From an uncultured Eubacteriales bacterium (GTDB lineage: Bacteria > Acidobacteriota > Aminicenantia > Aminicenantales > UBA8522), in the NCBI GenBank assembly GCA_964580435.1, contig CAZOKP010000003.1:3967-67966 (forward strand): 64,000 bases of DNA. Direction: 5' to 3'. The notes beneath the pieces are model-generated. The model searched no databases, was not told where the DNA came from, and saw nothing but the letters and a program-made list of their open reading frames with translations. The translations under genes were made by a program, and so were the position numbers. Positions 39,058-48,145 of this stretch are shown one piece after another (the stretch's first letter is position 1; each line of letters starts with the position of its first letter).

Positions 39058-40656
39058 CTATTCGCTCCTCCTCTTTTTCCTTGCTTCCACAAGGCATTCG
39101 CGAACGGCCACGATGACAGAAATCCCGTTATGATCGATCTCTTCTTTAATAACCTTGGCGTTCTTCTCCAGGTTCTTGGGCAACGGCTCGATAACCCGGA
39201 TGTGTTCTTTGGGGACGCCGACCCCTTTGATCATCCTGAGCAGGTTTTCTCCGGAAGCGTAGCTCGGCTGGCCCCCGGTCATGGCCACTGTGCTGTTGTC
39301 CAGGACGATCACGGTCATGTTTGTGTTGGAGGCCGCCGCCTCAAGCAGGGGCGTCAGCCCGGAATGTCCGAACGTCGAATCCCCGATCACCGCTACAGAA
39401 GGAAAAATCCCTGCCTCGGCGCCGCCCTTGGCCATGCTGACGCTTGCACCCATGCAAACGCAGGTCTGGACAGCCCTGTAGGGCGGAAAAGCGCCGAGCG
39501 TATAGCAGCCAATGTCGCTGAAAACATTGGCGCCGGGATAGTCTTTGAGAACTCTGTTCAGGGCTTGAAAAGTATCAGCATGCGGACAGCCCTGGCAGAG
39601 CTGAGGGGGACGGGCCGCGGGCTCGAATTCGGCGAGCTTAAGCCGCTCGAGAGGTTTGAGCCCCAAGGCGGCTCGGACGATCTCCGGCGACAGTTCTCCT
39701 CGAAGCGGGAGATGGCCGCTCAGCTTTCCCTTGAGGATTTTTCCGGGCACCCCAAATGTCCCGCGCAAGGCTTTTTCGATGAAGGGATAGCCCTCCTCGA
39801 CGACGAGGACAGAGTCCACATGCCCGACGAGCTTTTCCAGCAGCTTCTGCGGGAGTGGATAGGTGCCGATTTTGAGAAGGGATGGGCCTCTCCGGATGTC
39901 TCTGAGGTTCTCCCTGACATAATTGTAGGCAATTCCTGAAGCGATAACGCCGGTCGAACGGTCGTCCTCGTTCAGCGCGAGAGAGTTGAATTCCGATTCT
40001 TCTGACAGCCTGACAAGCTCGGGCTGCTTCTCCAGCAGGATCTTGAAGCGTCGCCTGGCATTGACCGGAAGAAGCGTCCAGTCCTGCCCAGCGCCGTGAT
40101 GAAGCTCATTCTCTTCCCTGGCGGCGCGGGGCTCAACGCTCGAGCGGCTATGGGAGAGGCGGGTGACCAGCCTCATCATCACCGGAATTCCGAGCTCTTC
40201 GGAAAGGTCGAAGGCCCGGCGGGTCATATCATAGGCTTCCTGGTGATCGGAGGGCTCAAAGCAAAAGATCAGGGCGAACTGGGCGTAGTAGCGGCTGTCC
40301 TGCTCGTTCTGGGAGCTGTGCATGCTGGGGTCATCGGCAACGACAACGGCAAGGCCGCCGTTCGCCCCCGTGAGGGCGGAGTTCATGAACGGGTCCGCGG
40401 CAACGTTTAATCCCACGTGTTTCATCGAGACCAGAGCCCGTTTGCCGGCAAACGAGACACCCAGTGCTTCCTCGTAGGCGACTTTTTCGTTCACCGACCA
40501 GGAGGCCTTGAGCCTTGTGTTCTTGGCCGCAGCCTTGATCAAGTACTCCATGATCTCCGTAGCCGGGGTTCCCGGATATGAATAGGCCGCCGTTAGGCCG
40601 GCGTGGATGGCGCCCAGGGCAACGGCCTCATCGCCGAGCAGAATTTCTGTTGTCAT
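39058..40656 (-). CDS. iorA: Indolepyruvate:ferredoxin oxidoreductase alpha subunit (TPP-dependent)
   Basis: Pyruvate-flavodoxin/ferredoxin oxidoreductase N-terminal and TPP-binding regions (GDSTFGHSG…). Confidence 0.75.
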   Translation of the reverse strand: MTTEILLGDEAVALGAIHAGLTAAYSYPGTPATEIMEYLIKAAAKNTRLKASWSVNEKVAYEEALGVSFAGKRALVSMKHVGLNVAADPFMNSALTGANGGLAVVVADDPSMHSSQNEQDSRYYAQFALIFCFEPSDHQEAYDMTRRAFDLSEELGIPVMMRLVTRLSHSRSSVEPRAAREENELHHGAGQDWTLLPVNARRRFKILLEKQPELVRLSEESEFNSLALNEDDRSTGVIASGIAYNYVRENLRDIRRGPSLLKIGTYPLPQKLLEKLVGHVDSVLVVEEGYPFIEKALRGTFGVPGKILKGKLSGHLPLRGELSPEIVRAALGLKPLERLKLAEFEPAARPPQLCQGCPHADTFQALNRVLKDYPGANVFSDIGCYTLGAFPPYRAVQTCVCMGASVSMAKGGAEAGIFPSVAVIGDSTFGHSGLTPLLEAAASNTNMTVIVLDNSTVAMTGGQPSYASGENLLRMIKGVGVPKEHIRVIEPLPKNLEKNAKVIKEEIDHNGISVIVAVRECLVEARKKRRSE

Positions 40657-40889
40657 GATTTGTCCTTATGACCCGTTCACCCAGAATGTCTTCTGTCAGG
40701 GAATTGGGATGAGACTAAAGGATACAAATCCGAGCCTGGGGTGTCAAGCCGAGAGGATCAACGGTCGGGATTTCCAGGTGCGGGGAGAACCAGCCCCCCC
40801 TTATTTACGGCGACGGAAAGGCACAACTCCCGGCAGCTCAAGGAATACGTCCTATACCTTATAATTCTTATAAAACCTATAAAATTATG

Positions 40890-40918
40890 TTGAAATAGCC
40901 CGGAAACTGATATAGAAT
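40890..40918 (+). promoter_or_regulatory. Sigma70-like promoter (TTGAAA-17-TAGAAT) for the Rrf2 regulator gene
   Basis: AT-rich region. The -35 is at 40890-40895 and the -10 at 40913-40918. It sits just upstream of the palindromic operator. Confidence 0.5.
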
Positions 40919-40929
40919 ATTTTTTGCGA

Positions 40930-40958
40930 GGAGCTTTCATCATTATCATGAAAGCTCC
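40930..40958 (+). promoter_or_regulatory. Perfect 11-bp inverted repeat (GGAGCTTTCAT-N7-ATGAAAGCTCC), candidate Rrf2 operator
   Basis: Seen directly in the sequence, between the -10 element and the RBS (AGGAGG) of the Rrf2 gene. The 29-bp size matches IscR/NsrR-type sites. Confidence 0.55.
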
Positions 40959-40973
40959 ATCAAGGAGGTCATC

Positions 40974-41432
40974 GTGATCAAAGTTTCTACCAAAGGAAGA
41001 TATGGTCTCCGCTTAATGTTAAACCTGGCCCGCCATTATAACAGCGGTACAAAGGCAGTCATCCTGAGAAACGTGGCCGAAGAGGAGGAAATCTCCCTCC
41101 GCTATCTAGAGCAGATCATCATTCCTCTGAAGATCTACAAGCTTGTGAAAAGTATTCGCGGAGCCGGCGGCGGCTACACTCTGGCCCGGAAACCTTCAGA
41201 GATCAACCTCTGCGAAATTCTGGAAGCCCTGGAAGGGACGTGCGCCCTCGTCGACTGCATCGAGGACAAGGATTTTTGCGACCGTCTCCCCGGCTGCGCC
41301 GCCTACGAGGTCTGGAAAGAAGCCAGCCGGATCCTGAAAAACTATTTCGAAAAGGTCACCCTCCAGTACGTCCTGGATATCTCCGAAAAAAAGAAGCCCA
41401 AAGGCAGGGATAAAGGCCGAGTTCGGCGCTGA
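40974..41432 (+). CDS. Rrf2-family transcriptional regulator with Cys cluster (probable Fe-S/redox sensing)
   Basis: N-terminal wHTH (STKGRYGLRLMLNLA). It has the GTCALVDC-x6-C-x5-C cysteine pattern. GTG start with a good RBS. Confidence 0.8.
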   Translation: MIKVSTKGRYGLRLMLNLARHYNSGTKAVILRNVAEEEEISLRYLEQIIIPLKIYKLVKSIRGAGGGYTLARKPSEINLCEILEALEGTCALVDCIEDKDFCDRLPGCAAYEVWKEASRILKNYFEKVTLQYVLDISEKKKPKGRDKGRVRR

Positions 41433-41518
41433 TTCCCTGCTCATTTTTTTCCTGCAAAAGGGTCTTTTCCCCGTTTTGATTGCGGCGGCCCGCCGGGATA
41501 AAAAAGGTCACTTTTCTC

Positions 41519-41547
41519 TTGACATTCCCTGCCCTCTTCTGTATAAA
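41519..41547 (+). promoter_or_regulatory. Sigma70-like promoter (TTGACA-17-TATAAA) upstream of the multiheme cytochrome cluster
   Basis: Near-consensus -35 and -10 boxes, ~80 nt upstream of the proposed TTG start of the decaheme gene. Confidence 0.5.
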
Positions 41548-41626
41548 ATCTATCGAATTTATAGAACATATAAATTCTCTCAATAAAGAGACAAGATGGA
41601 CGAAGAATTCCTCAAGGAGGTTGGAG

Positions 41627-42487
41627 TTGCCAGCGACAATAAAAAGAAGGCGAAATAGAGTCTCCCTCACGACGTGCGCCCTCCTGGTTGTGGTTATTGC
41701 CGCCGTCGGGTTGGGGATAGCAGCCAGGCCGGCTCCTCAGGCAAAAGACGCCGAGACCTGCGGCACCTGCCACGAAGACCTGGTCAAGGCCTTTGCCTCC
41801 CGGCCTCATGCTGCTTTAGCCGGCAAGACCTGCACGGCCTGCCACGGCAGCGGAGAAAAACACATTGAAGAAGGGGGCAAAACCGGGATCTTTGCCTTTG
41901 CGGCCTCGGACCTGGTCAGCGAAAAAACCAACACGTGCCTGACCTGTCACGCCAAGGACAATCCCCGCTTCCTGACGAGCCCGCATGGAAAAGCTTCTCT
42001 CGACTGCACCACCTGCCACAGCGTTCACGGCGAGGAAGCCGCTTCTCCCCTGCTCAAGACCAAAGAGAACAAAGTCTGCGCCCGCTGCCATGAAGACATT
42101 TTTGCCCAGTTCCAGCTCAACGAACGGCACCGGCTTCAGGAAGGAATCCTGTCCTGCGCCACCTGCCACAACCCCCACGAACCTTCTGCAAGAACGATGC
42201 TGGGCGGGTTCAAACAGGAACAGTGCCTCAAATGCCACACCGACAAGGGCGGACCTTTCCTGTATGAGCATCAAGCCTCCCGCGTCGAGGGCTGCACTGC
42301 CTGCCATGAAGTCCATGGATCACCTAATCGGCATATGCTGACCCACCAGAGCGTCGCCGACCTCTGCTTCAGCTGCCACGCCGAAGCGCCGGCCTGGCAC
42401 GCCGACTTCAGTCCCGAAGGGACCAACTGCGTGAACTGTCATTCCGCCATCCATGGCTCGAACCTGGACAAGAGATTCCTGAAATAG
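41627..42487 (+). CDS. Periplasmic decaheme c-type cytochrome, MtrA/PioA/MtoA-like
   Basis: Ten CXXCH motifs in ~290 mature residues. The N-terminal signal/anchor follows the proposed TTG start, which has GGAGG 6 nt upstream. The track ORF starts at 41480. Size and haem count match MtrA-family electron conduits. A porin-like gene follows. Confidence 0.7.
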   Translation: MPATIKRRRNRVSLTTCALLVVVIAAVGLGIAARPAPQAKDAETCGTCHEDLVKAFASRPHAALAGKTCTACHGSGEKHIEEGGKTGIFAFAASDLVSEKTNTCLTCHAKDNPRFLTSPHGKASLDCTTCHSVHGEEAASPLLKTKENKVCARCHEDIFAQFQLNERHRLQEGILSCATCHNPHEPSARTMLGGFKQEQCLKCHTDKGGPFLYEHQASRVEGCTACHEVHGSPNRHMLTHQSVADLCFSCHAEAPAWHADFSPEGTNCVNCHSAIHGSNLDKRFLK

Positions 42488-42497
42488 GAGAAATAGG

Positions 42498-44363
42498 ATG
42501 AGTCGGGAAAAAACCATCGGAATGTTCTTGGGCGTGGCGTTTGTGTTCTCCCTCGCCCCTACCCTCGAGGCCCAGAGCAGCAACTTTTACGGCGATTTCC
42601 TGCTGGGATATCGATATGTGAACAAGAGCGGCCCCGGAGCCAACTACAAGTATAGAGAGGACTACAACCTCCGCAGCGGGGCTCGCCTGACGAACTTCAC
42701 TCTCAGCTTCTCGCCGGATAACGGGCTCAAAAAGTTCTTCGACCGGCTGGACATCCGGATGTACAACCTTGGCGGAGACCCCTATGAGAACATCACCGTG
42801 GCCATGCAGAAGTACGGCAAGTATCTGATCCAGTATGACCGGAACAAATCGACCTATTTCTATCACGACCTGAACCTGGGCGACGGCGGCATCCCTTACG
42901 ACCTGTACAGGTTTGATTTCGACCGGGTCAGGGATACGGGCCTGGCTAAAGTCTGGCTGACCGGTCAAGCCGACCTCTATCTGAGCTTTGACCGTTACAC
43001 CAAAAAGGGGGACAGCCGGTACCCCCGCGACATCGAAAGACTGGAATTCCAGATGACCGGGCCCATCCAGGAAGAATCCAAGGAAGCCGCTGTCGGTCTC
43101 GACCTCCACTTCAACCGCTACTCCTTTATTTTCGAAGAAAAATTCCTGAACTCCAAGATCGAAAATAGGACCTTCCTTCCCGGCTACCTCGACGGAGGCC
43201 CTAACGCTGAATTTCCCACGGCGCTTTATTATTACTTCCTGAATGAGCCCTACGAGATCAAGTCCAACACCAGTTCCTTCAGATTCAACGCCCGACCGAT
43301 CAGCCGGCTCTTCCTGAGCGGGTCGGCCCAACTCACCCAGCTCGACCTGAACCTGGATTATTCAGAGCGAGCTAAGGGGGTCAATTATCTCGACAGGTAT
43401 TTTCAATACGACATCACCGGCACTGGCAAATTCGAGCGCAACTTTCAGCTCTATGGCCTGGATGTCTCTTACAATCTCTTCGATAACCTCAGCATCGTCG
43501 GGGCCTTTCGCTATCACAACTTCGACCAGACCGGCTCTCTCGAGATAAGCGGCGAGACAGAATCCCAGGATTTCGGGTACAAAACCCTTGGAGTCGACGC
43601 CGGCGTCCAATACCAGTTCTCCCCGAAGTTGGCCATGACCCTCGGCTATCGCTATGAAGACCGGAATCTGGACAACCTGGAGACGGTCACTTTTGAATTC
43701 GACACGGTCAAGAACGGCGGTTTCGGGAACCTTAAATGGGACGTTTCCCGGGCCTTAAAGCTGACCGTTGATTACGAGCGCAGCCAGTACACAGACCCCT
43801 TTACGCTGATCTCCCCGACAGCTTTTGACAGGCTGAGGATAACGGCAAGATACCAGGCCAATAACCTGAGCATCTCGGGGTCCTATCTCTGGAACAACTC
43901 CAAGAGCGAGGTCTTCGAGGATATCTGGAGAGCATCCAAGAACCAGTTCAATCTGCGCTTGGGCTATCATGTCGACCGTTTCAACGCCTCCGGAGGATTC
44001 GCTTACATCCAGGCCAAACGTCAAGGCAACCGGACCGTGAGCTTTCCTCCCTGGTGGACGGGGCCGGGCGGGACTTTCCTTTGGGAGATTCTTTACGAGG
44101 GGAAATCCAGCCTGCTGGACGGCTTGCTCTCTTATGACCTAGACAAGAATTGGAAACTCGGCGGCTATGCCAACTATTATTCCAATACAGGTTCCTGGGA
44201 AACCAGACGGACTGTTCTCAAGGCCTTCGTTGAATATGCTTTTACGGCCGGATATGTGGCCCAGGTCGGCTACAGGTTCGTTGATTATAAAGAGATAAAA
44301 TTCGGCTACAGTGATTACAAAGCCAATATTGTCGAGTTCGCCTTTGGCTATCGCTGGAAATAA
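42498..44363 (+). CDS. Outer-membrane beta-barrel porin, MtrB/PioB/MtoB-like partner of the decaheme cytochrome
   Basis: Signal peptide (…APTLEA/QSS), 621 aa, pervasive alternating aromatic/hydrophilic beta-strand pattern. It ends in the aromatic C-terminus FAFGYRWK. Immediately 3-prime of the MtrA-like gene, as in known porin-cytochrome gene pairs. Confidence 0.6.
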   Translation: MSREKTIGMFLGVAFVFSLAPTLEAQSSNFYGDFLLGYRYVNKSGPGANYKYREDYNLRSGARLTNFTLSFSPDNGLKKFFDRLDIRMYNLGGDPYENITVAMQKYGKYLIQYDRNKSTYFYHDLNLGDGGIPYDLYRFDFDRVRDTGLAKVWLTGQADLYLSFDRYTKKGDSRYPRDIERLEFQMTGPIQEESKEAAVGLDLHFNRYSFIFEEKFLNSKIENRTFLPGYLDGGPNAEFPTALYYYFLNEPYEIKSNTSSFRFNARPISRLFLSGSAQLTQLDLNLDYSERAKGVNYLDRYFQYDITGTGKFERNFQLYGLDVSYNLFDNLSIVGAFRYHNFDQTGSLEISGETESQDFGYKTLGVDAGVQYQFSPKLAMTLGYRYEDRNLDNLETVTFEFDTVKNGGFGNLKWDVSRALKLTVDYERSQYTDPFTLISPTAFDRLRITARYQANNLSISGSYLWNNSKSEVFEDIWRASKNQFNLRLGYHVDRFNASGGFAYIQAKRQGNRTVSFPPWWTGPGGTFLWEILYEGKSSLLDGLLSYDLDKNWKLGGYANYYSNTGSWETRRTVLKAFVEYAFTAGYVAQVGYRFVDYKEIKFGYSDYKANIVEFAFGYRWK

Positions 44364-44381
44364 CACCTCGAGGAGGAGATC

Positions 44382-46703
44382 ATGTTCAAAAGACCATACC
44401 TCTTAGGTCTTCTGGCTGTCCTTTTGATTTCTTCATTCCTGCTGGCGAATTCAGGCAGCCACAAATTCAAAGCTCAATCCAAGGAAGACAAAAATCGAAG
44501 GCTCTGGGCCACCTCGGCCCACGCCGCCAAGGATGACGAGCCTTTCGTCCATTGGAATGACACAGGCTCGATCCCCAAAGAGTGCGCCAAATGCCACAGC
44601 ACGCCCGGCTTCCGTGATTATCTCGGCGTCGACGGCACGGCCGTGGATGTGGTAGAAAATAGCGTTCCTGTGGGCACAACGGTCGAGTGCGCCGCCTGCC
44701 ATTCCGACCCTGACAACGGGGTCGTCCATGACCGCACCTATGCCATCTTTCCTTCGGGCGTGAAGGTCGAAGGACTCGGCCCGGAAGCGATGTGCATGGA
44801 ATGTCACCAGGGAAGGGCTTCGACGAAATCCATCAACAGTTCAATCGCCGGCTCCGGCGTGACTTCAGATGACGACCCCAGCTCCAAGCTGAAGTTTATC
44901 AACGTCCACTACTTTGCCGCTGCCGCCACTCAGCTCGGGACAGTCGTCCAGGGAGGATATCAGTACGCTGGAAAATCGTACGACGCCCGGTTCGCCCATA
45001 TCCCCGGATACAACGCCTGCCAGGTCTGTCATAATCCTCACTCTCTCGAAGTCGACCTAGAAGCCTGCAATACCTGCCATACCGGCGTCAAGGACCCGAA
45101 AGACATCCGCTTTTACGGATCTTTGGTCGACTACGACGGCGACGGGAATATCACCGAAGGCATCTACTACGAGATCGAGACAATCAGGGAGAACCTGTAC
45201 AACAGCATGCGGGCTTACGCCAGGGATGTCGTTGGGAAACCGATCGCCTATGATGGAAATAGCTATCCCTATTTCTTCAATGATAAGAACGACAACGGAG
45301 TTGTTGATTCCGACGAAGCGGACCCCAGCAACGGATACAGCTCCTTTACCGCCCGACTTCTCAAGGCCGCCTACAATCTCCAAGTGTCCGTAAAAGATCC
45401 TTGCCAATATGTCCACAACGGAAAATACATCATCGAGCTCTTGTATGATTCGATCGAGGACCTCAATTCTTCCCGTGGCGCCGGAACAGCCAAGACCGCG
45501 GTTTCGAAACCCCGTCTTACAAGGCCTTTGCAGGCCGACCGCAGGATCAAAGCCGGCGGCCAAGATCGAATCTCTCTCTTGAGGAATGATGATATCCTCA
45601 CCGGGAACCAGGTGGAGTCGTTCGGGGATGACTATTTGCAATATGCGCCTGCCCCCGGCCACGGCCTTGTCCGGACTGACGAAGGCCATTTCGACGGTTC
45701 TGCCGAAGCCTGGAGACACTGGGATGAAGAGGGAGAGGTTCCGTCAAGCTGCGCCAAATGCCATAGCGCCGAAGGTCTCCCCTACTTGCTCGAGAACGGC
45801 AAGATCGACAAGGCCATGGATATTTCTAACGGCCTGCTCTGCATGACCTGCCACATCGTGCCACCCCAGACAAGGCCAGTCGGTCCGGTGAAATTTCCCT
45901 CCGGAGTGAGCGTGGACCTGGGCGACAGCTCCAACCTGTGTCTCAACTGCCATCAGGGAAGAGCTTCAAAATTCTCGGTTGACAAGAGCATCGCCGGCGG
46001 CCCGGGGCCATACGGCTTTACCAACATCCATTATTATGCAGCGGCGGCTTCCTTCTTCGGCTCCGAAGTCCATGGCGGATACGAATTCAGCGGCAAAACT
46101 TATGCCGGGCGCAATATCTACACCAACCACAGCGGACTTTTCACCGATTGTATCGAGTGTCATATGGGGACCAAGAGCTTCAACAGGAAGCACGACGACT
46201 CTGACGCCTTGTTCCACAACGTCCAGACGCCCAACCCCGCCGATTGTGCGCCCTGTCATGGACAGGACATCGCCCAGCCCCATCCCGGTGCTGACCCCGG
46301 CCAGTTCGAGTTCGAGGGGATTCGGCCGGCCCAGACTCCTGACTACGATGCCGACGGAAACAAGAACGAATCCCTGCAGGCTGAGATCAAAGGGCTCGAA
46401 AATGCGCTCTACGCCCAGATTCAGACGTATGGCTCGAATATCGGCGCACCGATTGTCTACAACGAAACAAGCTATCCTTATTTCTTCAAAGATACGAACG
46501 GGAACGGCATTGTGGACCCTGATGAGCTGGATCCCGGCAACGGGTACGAATTCAATGCGCCCATGCTTAAGGCCGCGTATAATTTTCAGATGAGCAAGAA
46601 AGAGCCGTGCGGCTATATCCACAATCCCCGTTATATCGCTGAATTGCTCGCCGATTCTATCGGAAGTCTTGGCGGAAATATGAAAAAGTACACTTGGCGG
46701 TAA
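44382..46703 (+). CDS. Secreted decaheme c-type cytochrome built from two duplicated pentaheme modules
   Basis: Signal peptide and ten CXXCH motifs. Two internally homologous halves each end in …SYPYFF(N/K)D.N.NG.VD.DE.DP.NGY…LKAAYN(L/F)Q.S.K.PC.Y.HN..YI.ELL.DS. No lipobox. Confidence 0.7.
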   Translation: MFKRPYLLGLLAVLLISSFLLANSGSHKFKAQSKEDKNRRLWATSAHAAKDDEPFVHWNDTGSIPKECAKCHSTPGFRDYLGVDGTAVDVVENSVPVGTTVECAACHSDPDNGVVHDRTYAIFPSGVKVEGLGPEAMCMECHQGRASTKSINSSIAGSGVTSDDDPSSKLKFINVHYFAAAATQLGTVVQGGYQYAGKSYDARFAHIPGYNACQVCHNPHSLEVDLEACNTCHTGVKDPKDIRFYGSLVDYDGDGNITEGIYYEIETIRENLYNSMRAYARDVVGKPIAYDGNSYPYFFNDKNDNGVVDSDEADPSNGYSSFTARLLKAAYNLQVSVKDPCQYVHNGKYIIELLYDSIEDLNSSRGAGTAKTAVSKPRLTRPLQADRRIKAGGQDRISLLRNDDILTGNQVESFGDDYLQYAPAPGHGLVRTDEGHFDGSAEAWRHWDEEGEVPSSCAKCHSAEGLPYLLENGKIDKAMDISNGLLCMTCHIVPPQTRPVGPVKFPSGVSVDLGDSSNLCLNCHQGRASKFSVDKSIAGGPGPYGFTNIHYYAAAASFFGSEVHGGYEFSGKTYAGRNIYTNHSGLFTDCIECHMGTKSFNRKHDDSDALFHNVQTPNPADCAPCHGQDIAQPHPGADPGQFEFEGIRPAQTPDYDADGNKNESLQAEIKGLENALYAQIQTYGSNIGAPIVYNETSYPYFFKDTNGNGIVDPDELDPGNGYEFNAPMLKAAYNFQMSKKEPCGYIHNPRYIAELLADSIGSLGGNMKKYTWR

Positions 46704-46719
46704 GAGAGAAGACCTTCAA

Positions 46720-46749
46720 GGCGGCATCAAAAAATGCCGCCGTTTTTTT
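46720..46749 (+). terminator. Rho-independent terminator after the decaheme cytochrome gene
   Basis: GGCGGCAT-caaaaa-ATGCCGCC followed by GTTTTTTTA. Confidence 0.75.
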
Positions 46750-46758
46750 ACCATTTTT

Positions 46759-46789
46759 TTGACTTTTTGAAGGGGCAATGTTATAGAAT
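46759..46789 (+). promoter_or_regulatory. Sigma70-like promoter (TTGACT-17-TATAGAAT) for the octaheme cytochrome / ccs genes
   Basis: Located between the terminator and the RBS (AGGAAGG) of the 46841 gene. Confidence 0.45.
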
Positions 46790-46840
46790 AATCCGCCAAA
46801 TCTCTGGGAGAGGGCTTCAACATAAGCAGGAAGGTTTATC

Positions 46841-48076
46841 ATGAAGAAAGGATTTTTCCTGATCGCCTTGCTCAGCTTGCTTTTGCCTCCGGCTCTCCGC
46901 GGCCAGGAGTGCCTGGAATGTCATAAAAAGACTACGCCCAACATCGTCGGCGACTGGCTGGAAAGCAAGCACAGCAAAAATGACGTAACCTGTTCTATTT
47001 GCCACGGGGAAGAACACAAGACTGCTGCGGATTTTGCCAAAGCCAGGATCCCCACACCTGAAACGTGCGCTGCCTGTCACGAAGAACAGGTAAGCCAGTT
47101 CAAACGGGGCAAACACGCCTTGGCGTGGGCCGCCATGAAAGCCATGCCTACAGCCCATGCTCAGCCCGTCGCGATGATGGAGGGGATGAAGGGATGCGGC
47201 GGATGCCATAAGATCGGACTGAAAACCGAAGCGGAAATAGAAGAGCTCGATAAAGCCGGCGCTGGATTCGGTCGAGCCTCATGCGATGCCTGCCACACGC
47301 GGCATATTTTCTCCACCGCCGAAGCCCGGCAACCTCAAGCCTGCCAGACCTGTCACATGGGCTTCGATCATCCTCAATGGGAGATGTACTCCGCTTCCAA
47401 GCACGGCGTCCGCTTTCTCCTGAAACAAAACAAGACCCTCCCCGAGTCGGTTGCCGCGCCGACCTGCCAGACCTGCCATATGCAGGAGAAAAACCACGAA
47501 GTCCGGACCGCTTGGGGTTTTCTGGCCGTCCGGCTGCCCATGCCTGAGGACAAGCAATGGGCTGCAGATAGAGCAACCATCCTCCAGGCTCTCGGCGTTC
47601 TGGACCCTGCCGGTAACCCCACAGCAAGGCTCGATGTCGTCAAGGCAGCGGACGTCGCCCGTCTTAGTCAGGAAGCCTGGCAGAAAGAACGGGACAAAAT
47701 GATCGGCATCTGCAACCGTTGCCACAGCGTGAATTTTGCCAAAGCAGAGCTCGAAAAAGGCGACCAGATGATCAAAGAAGTGGACCATCTGATGGCGGAG
47801 GCCATCCTGACGGTCGCGTCTCTCTACAAAGACGGCGTTTTGCCGAAACCGGCGAACTACGCTTATCCGTTTCCCGATCTTCTGACCTTCCATGACGCGC
47901 CGACCGAAGTGGAGCAGAAGCTCTTCGTGATGTTTCTCGAACACCGGATGCGCGCCTTCCAGGGGACCTTCCACGCCAACCCGGACTATGCACTCTGGTA
48001 CGGTTGGAGCGAAATGAGGCGGTCGCTCACAGAGATCCAGACTCTCGCTGCGGCTAAGCGCAAAAACCAAACGTGA
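46841..48076 (+). CDS. Periplasmic octaheme c-type cytochrome
   Basis: Signal peptide and eight CXXCH motifs (CLECH, CSICH, CAACH, CGGCH, CDACH, CQTCH, CQTCH, CNRCH) in 411 aa. Confidence 0.7.
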   Translation: MKKGFFLIALLSLLLPPALRGQECLECHKKTTPNIVGDWLESKHSKNDVTCSICHGEEHKTAADFAKARIPTPETCAACHEEQVSQFKRGKHALAWAAMKAMPTAHAQPVAMMEGMKGCGGCHKIGLKTEAEIEELDKAGAGFGRASCDACHTRHIFSTAEARQPQACQTCHMGFDHPQWEMYSASKHGVRFLLKQNKTLPESVAAPTCQTCHMQEKNHEVRTAWGFLAVRLPMPEDKQWAADRATILQALGVLDPAGNPTARLDVVKAADVARLSQEAWQKERDKMIGICNRCHSVNFAKAELEKGDQMIKEVDHLMAEAILTVASLYKDGVLPKPANYAYPFPDLLTFHDAPTEVEQKLFVMFLEHRMRAFQGTFHANPDYALWYGWSEMRRSLTEIQTLAAAKRKNQT

Positions 48077-48145
48077 CCAAGACGGGACGGTGTTTAACCA
48101 CCGCTAAAATTAGTGGCCATTGAAAGGACGATGTAAGGATCAGGA

